Assembly (NCBI GenBank): GCA_910578255.1 | Contig: CAJTQM010000001.1 | Location: forward strand, 27,488-91,487 | Origin: an uncultured Oscillospiraceae bacterium | Lineage (GTDB): Bacteria; Bacillota; Clostridia; Oscillospirales; Ruminococcaceae | DNA: 64,000 bases | Direction: 5' to 3' | Shown: positions 18,918-26,450 of the stretch, piece after piece | Layout: every line of letters begins with the position of its first letter | Position numbering within the stretch: the stretch's first letter is position 1 | Notes under the pieces: generated by a model | Databases searched by the model: none | What the model saw: only the letters and a program-made list of their open reading frames with translations | What the model was told of the DNA's origin: nothing | Program-made: the position numbers and the translations under genes

Positions 18918-18991
18918 ATGGCAGAATAACGACAGAATCGTTAATCTACAGATTTCTATGGCCGTCCTGGAGACATGGCCCACTATACCAT
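18918..18991 (+). repeat. Structured interspersed repeat, copy 2 of 4 (tandem to copy 1)
   Basis: It differs from copy 1 at about 11 of 75 hand-aligned positions. A 16-nt spacer, TGGCGGCTTCGCCTCC, separates the two. Confidence 0.85.
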
Positions 18992-19029
18992 TATGGGTTT
19001 CGCTTTGCAATGGGAAAGAGGGGACGCAT

Positions 19030-19767
19030 ATGACAAAAAACTTCGCGCACCGGGGATTTTCCGCCGCTTATCCGGAAAATACAATGCTGGCGTTTCAAAA
19101 GGCCGAGGAGGTGGGCTGCGACGGCATTGAGATGGACCTGCACCTGAGCGCCGACGGGGTGCCGGTAATCATCCACGACGAAACGCTGGAACGCACCACC
19201 GGCGAGACCGGCTGGGTGGGGGATACCTCTTTTGCCCAGCTACGCCGGCTGGACGCGTCCTACCGGTTTGCCGGCAAAACCCGGGAAAACCCTATTCCGG
19301 CGCTGGAAGAGGTGCTGGAATGGTGCAAAGAAACCGGCCTGCGGCTGAATCTGGAACTGAAGACCAACGTCCGGGAATATCCGGGCATCGAACAGAAGGC
19401 TGTTGATCTTGTGGCCCGTATGGGGATGGAAGAGCGGGTCATTTTTTCCTCCTTTAACCATTACACGCTGCTGCGGTTAAAAGAAATCGCGCCGTCCATT
19501 CCCTGCGGCGCGCTGGTGGAAAGCTGGATTGTGGGTTTTGGCGAATATCTGCAAGGGTTGGGGCTGGAGTGTGCCCATCCGCTGTACAGCTATCTGACCG
19601 AGGAAAACTTGGCGGATCTAAAAGGGCGCGGGCTTCGGGTCCACACCTGGACGGTGAATCAGCCCGAGCAGATGCGCTGGTTGATCCGGTTGGGCGCCGA
19701 TATTTTAATCACCAACCATCCGGACGTGCTGGCAAAGATTTTGCAAAAAGAAGAAGCCTGCCGGTGA
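19030..19767 (+). CDS. Glycerophosphodiester phosphodiesterase
   Basis: The internal ATG at 19030 gives MTKNFAHRGFSAAYPENT...IEMDLHLSADGVPVIIHDETL, the GDPD HR..E.D.H signature. Confidence 0.85.
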   Translation: MTKNFAHRGFSAAYPENTMLAFQKAEEVGCDGIEMDLHLSADGVPVIIHDETLERTTGETGWVGDTSFAQLRRLDASYRFAGKTRENPIPALEEVLEWCKETGLRLNLELKTNVREYPGIEQKAVDLVARMGMEERVIFSSFNHYTLLRLKEIAPSIPCGALVESWIVGFGEYLQGLGLECAHPLYSYLTEENLADLKGRGLRVHTWTVNQPEQMRWLIRLGADILITNHPDVLAKILQKEEACR

Positions 19768-19842
19768 GAACGTCCCGGCGGGGCTCTATAAAATCCTGCG
19801 TTTTTTGCCGGACCCGTCTGGGAAAGAGGCAAAAATGGGCAG

Positions 19843-19877
19843 AAAAAAAGGCTGATTGATGAGGTCAGCCCTTTTTC
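19843..19877 (+). terminator. Terminator after the GDPD gene
   Basis: GGCTGA ... TCAGCC stem followed by CTTTTT. Confidence 0.6.
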
Positions 19878-20112
19878 CCGGTTAAAATTATCTATTAGGA
19901 GAAGCAATAAGATGAGGAATCAATTAAATGTTGTTATCCTGATGAACCTATTATAGCAAGAGAAGGCGCATTTGTAAATGAATTTTTGTGCAAAAACACA
20001 AAAATCGGGATTAGCAACGAAAAAGATCTCGTCTTTTTGTGCCTTTCCCCCAGGATTTTGCAGGGCGCCTTATAAATATTGCGGTCGTTTTTCAAATAAG
20101 GAGTCGAAAAGA

Positions 20113-20829
20113 TTGGAATATCAGCAGATTTTTCCCGCTGTTTTTTTGGAGCGCCCCAACCGGTTCACAGCGGTCTGCTCTCTGGACGGGGCCCAAGTGC
20201 TAGCCCATGTGAAAAACACCGGCCGGTGCCGGGAATTGCTCACCCCAGACGCGCGAGTGTTTTTGCAGCACAATTCGGCGCCGGGCCGAAAGACCCGGTA
20301 CACCCTGACCCATGTGCAGAAGGGGGAAAGGCTGGTGCATATTGATTCTCAGGCGCCCAACCGTCTGGTGGAGGAGGCGCTGCGAAACGGCTCCCTATCG
20401 CTGCCGGGGCTGGGAAAGCCGCAGATCATCCGGCCGGAGACCTTTTATGGAGATTCCCGCTTCGACTTTTATCTGGAGGGGCCGGGGACCAGGGGCTTTG
20501 CCGAGATCAAGGGGGTGACCCTGGAGGAGGACGGCTGGGCCCGTTTTCCCGACGCGCCCACCGAACGGGGGGTCAAGCATCTGGAGCATCTTGCCCGGGC
20601 GGCGGGGGAAGGCTATTTGTGCTATGTCATCTTTGTCATCCAAATGGGCGGGATCCGCCTGTTTTCCCCTAACTGGCAGACCCATCCGGCTTTTGGTCAG
20701 GCGCTTGTGTCCGCGCAGAATGCGGGGGTGCGCCTAATGGCCTTTCAAACAAACGTGACGCCGCTGTGGGTGGAACTGGCCGGCCCGGTGCCCATTGATT
20801 TAGAAAAAGGGAGAAACGAACCATGCTGA
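20113..20829 (+). CDS. sfsA: Sugar fermentation stimulation protein SfsA
   Basis: The in-frame TTG at 20113 lies 9 nt after AAGGAG. FLERPNRF...AHV.NTGR..ELL and VKGVTLE are SfsA-family motifs. Confidence 0.8.
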   Translation: MEYQQIFPAVFLERPNRFTAVCSLDGAQVLAHVKNTGRCRELLTPDARVFLQHNSAPGRKTRYTLTHVQKGERLVHIDSQAPNRLVEEALRNGSLSLPGLGKPQIIRPETFYGDSRFDFYLEGPGTRGFAEIKGVTLEEDGWARFPDAPTERGVKHLEHLARAAGEGYLCYVIFVIQMGGIRLFSPNWQTHPAFGQALVSAQNAGVRLMAFQTNVTPLWVELAGPVPIDLEKGRNEPC

Positions 20830-21668
20830 CAAGTACGAAAGAAATGCTGGCAAAAGCCAGGGACGGCGGGTATGCCGTTGGCGCGTTTAACGTGGAAAAC
20901 GCCGAGATGGTGTTTTCCGTTGTGGCGGCGGCGGAAAAATGCAAAGCGCCGGTGATCCTTCAGACGACGCCTTCGACCCTTCGCTACCTGCCGCCGGCCT
21001 GCTTTGCCGGAATGGTGCAGGCCGCGGCGGACAAAGCTTCGGTGCCGGTGGCGCTGCATCTTGACCACGGCGACAGTCTGGAACTGGTGCGCGCCTGTCT
21101 GGAGGCCGGGTATACGTCGGTGATGTTCGACGGCTCCGGTCTGCCCTTTGAGGAAAATGCCGCCCAAACCGCCCAGGCGGTGCAGATGGCCCGGTCCTTC
21201 GGCGCCTGCTGCGAAGGGGAATTGGGCGCCATCGGCGGAAAGGAGGATTCCCGGCAGGCGCAGGCCGGCGAGTATACCGACCCGGATCAGGCGGCCCAGT
21301 TCGCCAGCCTTTGCGGTGTGGACAGTCTGGCGGTGGCCATCGGCACTGCCCACGGCGTTTATCATTCGCCGCCCCGGCTGGATCTGGGACGCATCCCCCT
21401 TCTGGAGGCCAAAACCGGCCTGCCGCTGGTGCTGCACGGCGCTTCCGGGCTTTCGGACGCAACGGTCCGGGAGGCAGTGGCCAAGGGAATGGCGAAGGTC
21501 AACTTCGCCACCGAACTGCGGCAGGCGTTTACCAAAGGCGTGCGGACCGCTCTGGCGGCCCAGCCCCAAGCTTTCGACCCCAAAAAGTACCTGTCCCAGG
21601 GCCAGAAGTGCGTCCAGCAGCTGACCGAGCATAAAATTCAGGTCTGCGGCGGGATCGGGCAGGCGTAA
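20823..21668 (+). CDS. Class II fructose/tagatose-bisphosphate aldolase family protein
   Basis: GYAVGAFNV.N.E, ALHLDHG, EGELG.IGG and GTAHG are class II aldolase motifs. It overlaps sfsA by 7 nt. Confidence 0.85.
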   Translation: MLTSTKEMLAKARDGGYAVGAFNVENAEMVFSVVAAAEKCKAPVILQTTPSTLRYLPPACFAGMVQAAADKASVPVALHLDHGDSLELVRACLEAGYTSVMFDGSGLPFEENAAQTAQAVQMARSFGACCEGELGAIGGKEDSRQAQAGEYTDPDQAAQFASLCGVDSLAVAIGTAHGVYHSPPRLDLGRIPLLEAKTGLPLVLHGASGLSDATVREAVAKGMAKVNFATELRQAFTKGVRTALAAQPQAFDPKKYLSQGQKCVQQLTEHKIQVCGGIGQA

Positions 21669-21733
21669 GGGCCCGCTGCCAGACGAACCCATCGCCGGGA
21701 AAAACGAAATCGAAAGATTCCCTTTTCCGCCGG

Positions 21734-21762
21734 TTGACGGGAACCCTTCTTTGTGCTATGTT
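21734..21762 (+). promoter_or_regulatory. Promoter TTGACG-17-TATGTT with a TG extension
   Basis: It lies upstream of degV. The TGc immediately precedes the -10. Confidence 0.5.
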
Positions 21763-21855
21763 AAAAATGAATCGGACATCGACCGTTTAAAGGGAAAAAT
21801 CTGTTTTTTCGCATGGGCGCGGCAAAACAGACCACAGCAGAGGGGAAGCGTTTTT

Positions 21856-22713
21856 ATGCATATCAAAATTACGGCGGACAGCACCTGTGATCTGTCCCGG
21901 GAACTGTTGGACCAGTACCAGATTGAAATTCTGCCGCTTTATGTGGTAAAAGACGGCGTCTCTTACCGGGACGGGCTGGAAATCATCCCCCAGGATATTT
22001 TTGATTTTGTGGCTCAGGGCAACGATCCGTGCAAGACCGCGGCGGTCAGCGTGGCGGACTACGAGGCCTGCTTTGCCCGCCTTTCTCCCCTGTACGACGC
22101 GGTGATCCATGTAAATATCAGCGCGGAATTTTCCAGCTGCTACCAAAACGCGTCCTTGGCGGCGCAGCAGTTTTCCAACGTTTACGCGGTGGATTCCCGC
22201 AACCTTTCCACCGGCAGCGGCCATGTGGTGTTGGAGGCGGCACAGCTGGCGGAGCAGGGTTTTGAGGCGGAGGAAATCGTCCGCCGCTTGCAGGATCTGG
22301 CCGGCCGGGTGGAGGCCAGCTTTGTCATCGACAGTCTGGAATATCTGCATAAGGGAGGGCGCTGCTCTTCGCTGGCGGCTTTAGGCGCCAATCTTTTGCA
22401 CCTAAAGCCCTGTATCGAGGTGGTGGACGGCCGGATGAAGGTGGGAAAGAAGTACCGCGGTCCGTTTGAAAAATGTCTGCTTTCTTATGTGGAGGAGCGG
22501 CTGAAGGATCGGAAGGACCTTTTGGACGACCGGATTTTTGTCACCCACACCCCCTGCGATCCAAAGACGGTGGAAGCGGTGAAAAAAAGCGTGAAGCGCT
22601 ATGGCCGGTTCAGCCGGATTTTCGAGACCGAGGCGGGATGTACCGTGTCCAGCCATTGCGGGCCGAACACGCTGGGAATCCTTTTTATCCGCAGGCAAAA
22701 AAAAGGCGCTTAA
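21856..22713 (+). CDS. DegV family fatty-acid-binding protein
   Basis: The internal ATG at 21856 gives MHIKITADSTCDL. The later LEYLHKGGR motif is typical of DegV. Confidence 0.85.
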   Translation: MHIKITADSTCDLSRELLDQYQIEILPLYVVKDGVSYRDGLEIIPQDIFDFVAQGNDPCKTAAVSVADYEACFARLSPLYDAVIHVNISAEFSSCYQNASLAAQQFSNVYAVDSRNLSTGSGHVVLEAAQLAEQGFEAEEIVRRLQDLAGRVEASFVIDSLEYLHKGGRCSSLAALGANLLHLKPCIEVVDGRMKVGKKYRGPFEKCLLSYVEERLKDRKDLLDDRIFVTHTPCDPKTVEAVKKSVKRYGRFSRIFETEAGCTVSSHCGPNTLGILFIRRQKKGA

Positions 22714-23037
22714 AAAAACAAAAACACGAAAGGGGACGGAGAACCGGCGGTCGGTTTTTCCGTCTTTTTTGCATACCGAAAAAAAGAAAGAGGGAAAAGC
22801 AAAAGCGGCTTTTTTCGACAGGGATGACGGCTATAATAAAAAGAAATGAAAGCGGAAAAATTTTTTCTGCTTTCTGTAGCAAAATCCCTGTTCGGCGCGT
22901 TTTACTTTGTAGAGAGAAAAAACGCAAGACCACAAAGGAGGAAGGAAAATGGATGGACTGAAAAAATGGATGATTTCGATGCTTTTATACTTATTTTAAG
23001 CGTTCTGGCAGCGGATCCTCCTCGAACAGTACCCCTG

Positions 23038-23066
23038 CAAAAAAAGAGCCGGAAGGCTCTTTTTTT
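23038..23066 (+). terminator. Terminator
   Basis: A-run, AGAGCC-GGAA-GGCTCT, then T7. Confidence 0.8.
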
Positions 23067-23068
23067 GC

Positions 23069-23097
23069 GTTGCGCACAAAACGGATTTCTGCTATAA
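23069..23097 (+). promoter_or_regulatory. Promoter TTGCGC-17-TATAAT with a TG extension
   Basis: It lies ~50 nt upstream of the GNAT gene at 23149. Confidence 0.55.
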
Positions 23098-23148
23098 TGG
23101 GAAAATCCTACAATAAAACGAAAGCAGCGGTTAAAGGGGAGTGTTTGT

Positions 23149-23715
23149 ATGCGCCATCAAGGAACGGTCAAAATCGAAACCGAGCGGCTGACTCTGCGAA
23201 GATTTACCCTGGAGGACGCGCCGGCGGCCTTTCGAAATTGGGAGAGCGACCAGCGGGTGACAAAATTTCTGACCTGGTCCCATTATACGGCCTTAGAGGA
23301 TACGAGAAAGGGCCTGGCCAAATGGGTTGATTCCTACCAGAAGCCGGATTTTTACCAATGGGCCATTGTGCCCAAGGACGGCCGGGACGAGCCGGTGGGC
23401 TCCATCAGTGCCGTAGAGATTCACGAGAAAACCAAAGAGGTGGAAATCGGCTACTGCATCGGCGTGGACTGGTGGGGAAAAGGAATCATGACCGAGGCGT
23501 TTCGGGGAATCATACCATTCTTTTTTGAGCAGGTAGGGGCCAGGCGCATCTGCGCCCGGCACGATCCGGAAAATCCCGCTTCCGGGCGGGTAATGGAAAA
23601 ATGCGGCTTACAATATGAGGGGACGCTGCGGCAGGCGGATTACAATAACCGCGGCATCGTGGACGTGGCGGTCTGGGGCCTTTTGGCCAGCGAATACCAG
23701 GCGGATAAAAAATAA
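23149..23715 (+). CDS. GNAT family N-acetyltransferase (RimJ/RimL-like)
   Basis: The opening TERLTLRRFTLEDA and the motif GYCIGVDWWGKGIMTEA fit the RimJ/RimL-like group. Confidence 0.8.
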   Translation: MRHQGTVKIETERLTLRRFTLEDAPAAFRNWESDQRVTKFLTWSHYTALEDTRKGLAKWVDSYQKPDFYQWAIVPKDGRDEPVGSISAVEIHEKTKEVEIGYCIGVDWWGKGIMTEAFRGIIPFFFEQVGARRICARHDPENPASGRVMEKCGLQYEGTLRQADYNNRGIVDVAVWGLLASEYQADKK

Positions 23716-23774
23716 AAAAGAGACGGCGATTGGGGCACCCTCCGTAAAGAAGTATATGGCTTTCTGGAATACAC

Positions 23775-23803
23775 TTGTTCTCTGCAAGAACTTTTAGTAT
23801 AAT
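23775..23803 (+). promoter_or_regulatory. Promoter TTGTTC-17-TATAAT of the AT-rich islet gene
   Basis: Consensus -10 with 17-nt spacing, 35 nt upstream of the 23839 ATG. Confidence 0.5.
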
Positions 23804-23838
23804 GTAAGTAATGAATTATTAATCAACAAGGAGGTTTT

Positions 23839-24171
23839 ATGAAGATCGTGGTAAAACAAAATAGTGTTTGGTATCACGGTTCGGATAAAATCTTTTCCGA
23901 ACTGAAAGCCGGCAGTACAATAACACAATGGAGGGAATTAGCCGAAGCATTTTCACATAAGCCGACGATACTCAGTTATGATGATAATGGAATAATTAAA
24001 CATAACGGCATTAAAAATGGCTATCTATATATCATCGATGAACCAATTGAAGTAGGCGTAGACATATATCAACACCCTAATACATCCATGGATGATGGTG
24101 TGGAGTTTTTAACAAAAAGGGTTTTAAAAGTCAAGCTGATTGAAGGAATTGAAGATTTGTTATCTGAGTAA
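23839..24171 (+). CDS. Hypothetical 110-aa protein in an AT-rich islet (YHGS-motif, possible small ART-like fold)
   Basis: Strong RBS AAGGAGG, its own promoter-like TTGTTC-17-TATAAT, and a perfect 13-bp hairpin after the stop. Composition differs visibly from the flanks. Confidence 0.65.
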   Translation: MKIVVKQNSVWYHGSDKIFSELKAGSTITQWRELAEAFSHKPTILSYDDNGIIKHNGIKNGYLYIIDEPIEVGVDIYQHPNTSMDDGVEFLTKRVLKVKLIEGIEDLLSE

Positions 24172-24174
24172 AAT

Positions 24175-24201
24175 TGACACTTTCAAAGTTTGAAAGTGTC
24201 A
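24175..24201 (+). terminator. Perfect 13-bp hairpin after the AT-rich islet gene
   Basis: TGACACTTTCAAA-G-TTTGAAAGTGTCA. There is no T run, so it may be a terminator or a boundary structure. Confidence 0.5.
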
Positions 24202-24263
24202 TAGTGGGTTATATTGTTTCGGTTGTTCATAAATGAAGTAGAAAAATATAGTAACGATACATT

Positions 24264-24295
24264 AAGGGCGACCTTCCTTACGGATGGTCGCCCTT
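24264..24295. terminator. Hairpin downstream of ychF
   Basis: AAGGGCGACC ... GGTCGCCCTT stem. Confidence 0.55.
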
Positions 24296-24329
24296 TGCCG
24301 TCTCTTTTTTATCGGATATCCGGGGCGCT

Positions 24330-25403
24330 TTACACGTTAAAGCGAAACAGCACCACGTCCCCGTCCTGGAACACATATTCTTTGCCCTCGGAGCGGACCA
24401 GCCCCTTTTCCTTGGCGGCGGCCATGGAGCCGCAGGCCTCCAGGTCGCTGAAGGCCACCACCTCCGCCCGAATAAAGCCCTTTTCAAAATCCGAGTGGAT
24501 TTTGCCCGCCGCCTGGGGTGCCTTGGTCCCCTTTTTGATGGTCCAAGCCCGCACCTCCTGCTTGCCGGCGGTCAGATAGGAGATGAGCCCCAAAAGTTCG
24601 TAGCCCTTTTGAATCAGCCGGTCCAGCCCGGAGGACGCAAGCCCCAATTCGTCTAAAAACAGCTGCTTGTCCTCCCGGGACATGTCGGCGATCTCCTCTT
24701 CGATTTTGGCGCAGATGGGCAGCACCAGCGACCCCTCCGCCTGGGCGATTTGGCAGACCTCTTGATAAAAGGGGTTCTCGTCCAAGGAGCCCATAAAATC
24801 GTCCTCGCTTAAATTGGCGGCGTAAATCACCGGCTTGGCAGACAAAAGAGAAACGGTGGAGAGAATCTCCGCCTCCTCGTCGCTTCCCACCGGGAAGGAG
24901 CGGGCCGGCTTTCCCTCCTCCAGATGGGCCTTCAGCCGCTGCAGAAGTTCCACCTCGGCCAGATATTTTTTGTCCGCCTTGGCCGCTTTCTGGGATTTGT
25001 CAATCCGCCGGTCTAAAATATCCAGATCGGAGAAAATCAGTTCCAGATTGATCGTTTCAATATCCCGAGCGGGGCCGATCTGCCCGTCCACATGGATGAT
25101 TTCGGTGCTTTCAAAGCAGCGCACCACATGGATAATGGCGTCCACCTCCCGGATGTGGGAGAGAAATTTGTTGCCCAGCCCTTCCCCCTTGGAAGCGCCC
25201 TTTACCAATCCGGCAATGTCCACAAACTCAATGACGGCGGGGGTGTATTTGTCCGGGAGCCGTGGGTCGGGCACGGCGACGCGGCCGACATTGGGCTCGA
25301 TGGTGCAGAACGGATAGTTGGCCGACTCGGCGCCGGCGTTGGTGATAGCGTTAAAAAGGGTGCTTTTGCCCACGTTGGGCAGCCCTACGATGCCTAATTT
25401 CAT
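24330..25403 (-). CDS. ychF: Redox-regulated ribosome-binding ATPase YchF
   Basis: [19 protein letters not shown]...[10 protein letters not shown]...[16 protein letters not shown].FL, with a C-terminal TGS-like region ending [11 protein letters not shown]. Only the last 357 codons of the 644-aa track ORF belong to the gene. Confidence 0.92.
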   Translation of the reverse strand: [357 protein letters not shown]

Positions 25404-25667
25404 ATGAAAGCTTCGTCCTTTCCGAAAAACTGGGTCCCGCGCCCCGGATTCTGCCGGGTAAAAACGCGCCCTTATCCCCGGCGGCCTCTGTACAAACGGC
25501 CGCCCATAGACTATAATTATACATAGAAAAAACGGGATCGGCAAGAGCGGTTTCAGAATATCCCCAAAAGGTTTATAAATTTGTAACCTTTCGCGCTTTT
25601 TTTCGGGTATAATGGTATGGTAGAAGGCGGCGGCAGCCCGTTTTGGTACTGGCAAGGAGGTAAAAAG

Positions 25668-26360
25668 ATGGCGATGGGAAAGGTCCTGGTTGCGGACGAC
25701 GATAAAAATATCTGCGAATTGTTGCGGCTTTACCTGGTGAAGGAAGGGTTCCAGGTGGTGCTGGCTGGAGATGGAGAGGAGGCGCTGGCCCGCTTTTCGG
25801 CGGAAGCCCCTGACATCATCCTGCTGGATGTGATGATGCCCCGGCTGGACGGCTGGCAGGTCTGCCGGGAGATCCGAAAAAAATCCGAATGCCCGATTAT
25901 CATGATCACCGCCAAGGGCGAAACCTTTGACAAGGTGCTTGGGCTGGAGTTGGGGGCCGACGATTATGTGGTCAAGCCCTTTGAGACCAAGGAAATTGTC
26001 GCCCGGATTAAGGCGGTGATGCGCCGCACCGGCAAAAGCGCTTCGGAAAACGACGTGAAAGAGGTCAGCTACGACAAACTGGTGGTCAATATGACCAAAT
26101 ATGAACTGAAGGTAGACGGCAAGGTGGTGGATACGCCGCCCAAGGAACTGGAACTTTTGTACCATCTGGCCAGCAATCCCAACCGGGTGTACACCCGCGA
26201 CCAGCTGCTGGACGAGGTCTGGGGATTTGAGTATTACGGCGATTCCAGAACGGTGGATGTACATGTCAAGCGCCTTCGGGAAAAGCTGGAGGGCGTTTCG
26301 GACAAATGGGTGTTAAAAACCGTCTGGGGCGTAGGCTATAAGTTTGAGGTAAAAGAATAG
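25668..26360 (+). CDS. OmpR-family response regulator
   Basis: The receiver domain has DDD and a D in ILLDVMMP. The C-terminal winged helix reads RVYTRDQLL...VDVHV.RLR.KL. ATG follows AAGGAGG. Confidence 0.9.
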   Translation: MAMGKVLVADDDKNICELLRLYLVKEGFQVVLAGDGEEALARFSAEAPDIILLDVMMPRLDGWQVCREIRKKSECPIIMITAKGETFDKVLGLELGADDYVVKPFETKEIVARIKAVMRRTGKSASENDVKEVSYDKLVVNMTKYELKVDGKVVDTPPKELELLYHLASNPNRVYTRDQLLDEVWGFEYYGDSRTVDVHVKRLREKLEGVSDKWVLKTVWGVGYKFEVKE

Positions 26361-26450
26361 TCCGCAAAAAACGATGGAAACTTTTCGCGGCGGATTGCCC
26401 GGGCCTTGTTGGGCAGTCCGCCGCGGTTTTCTCTTTGAGGAGGGCTAAAA

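Noticed and set aside
18827-18991. Tandem repeat pair considered as a mini CRISPR array
   Set aside because: There are only two units, separated by a 16-nt spacer that is itself a GC hairpin. The units are 74-75 nt and imperfect. Dispersed single copies occur elsewhere, and there are no cas genes.
19935-19975. CUGAUGA sequence checked as a hammerhead ribozyme core
   Set aside because: No appropriately placed GAAA box or flanking stems I-III could be drawn. It is an isolated heptamer.
24330-26264. 644-aa ORF on the minus strand spanning ychF and running antisense through the response regulator gene
   Set aside because: Only the 3' 357 codons carry YchF motifs. The upstream part has no family resemblance and is the antisense shadow of a well-supported OmpR-type regulator. 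It is an open frame by chance in GC-rich DNA.
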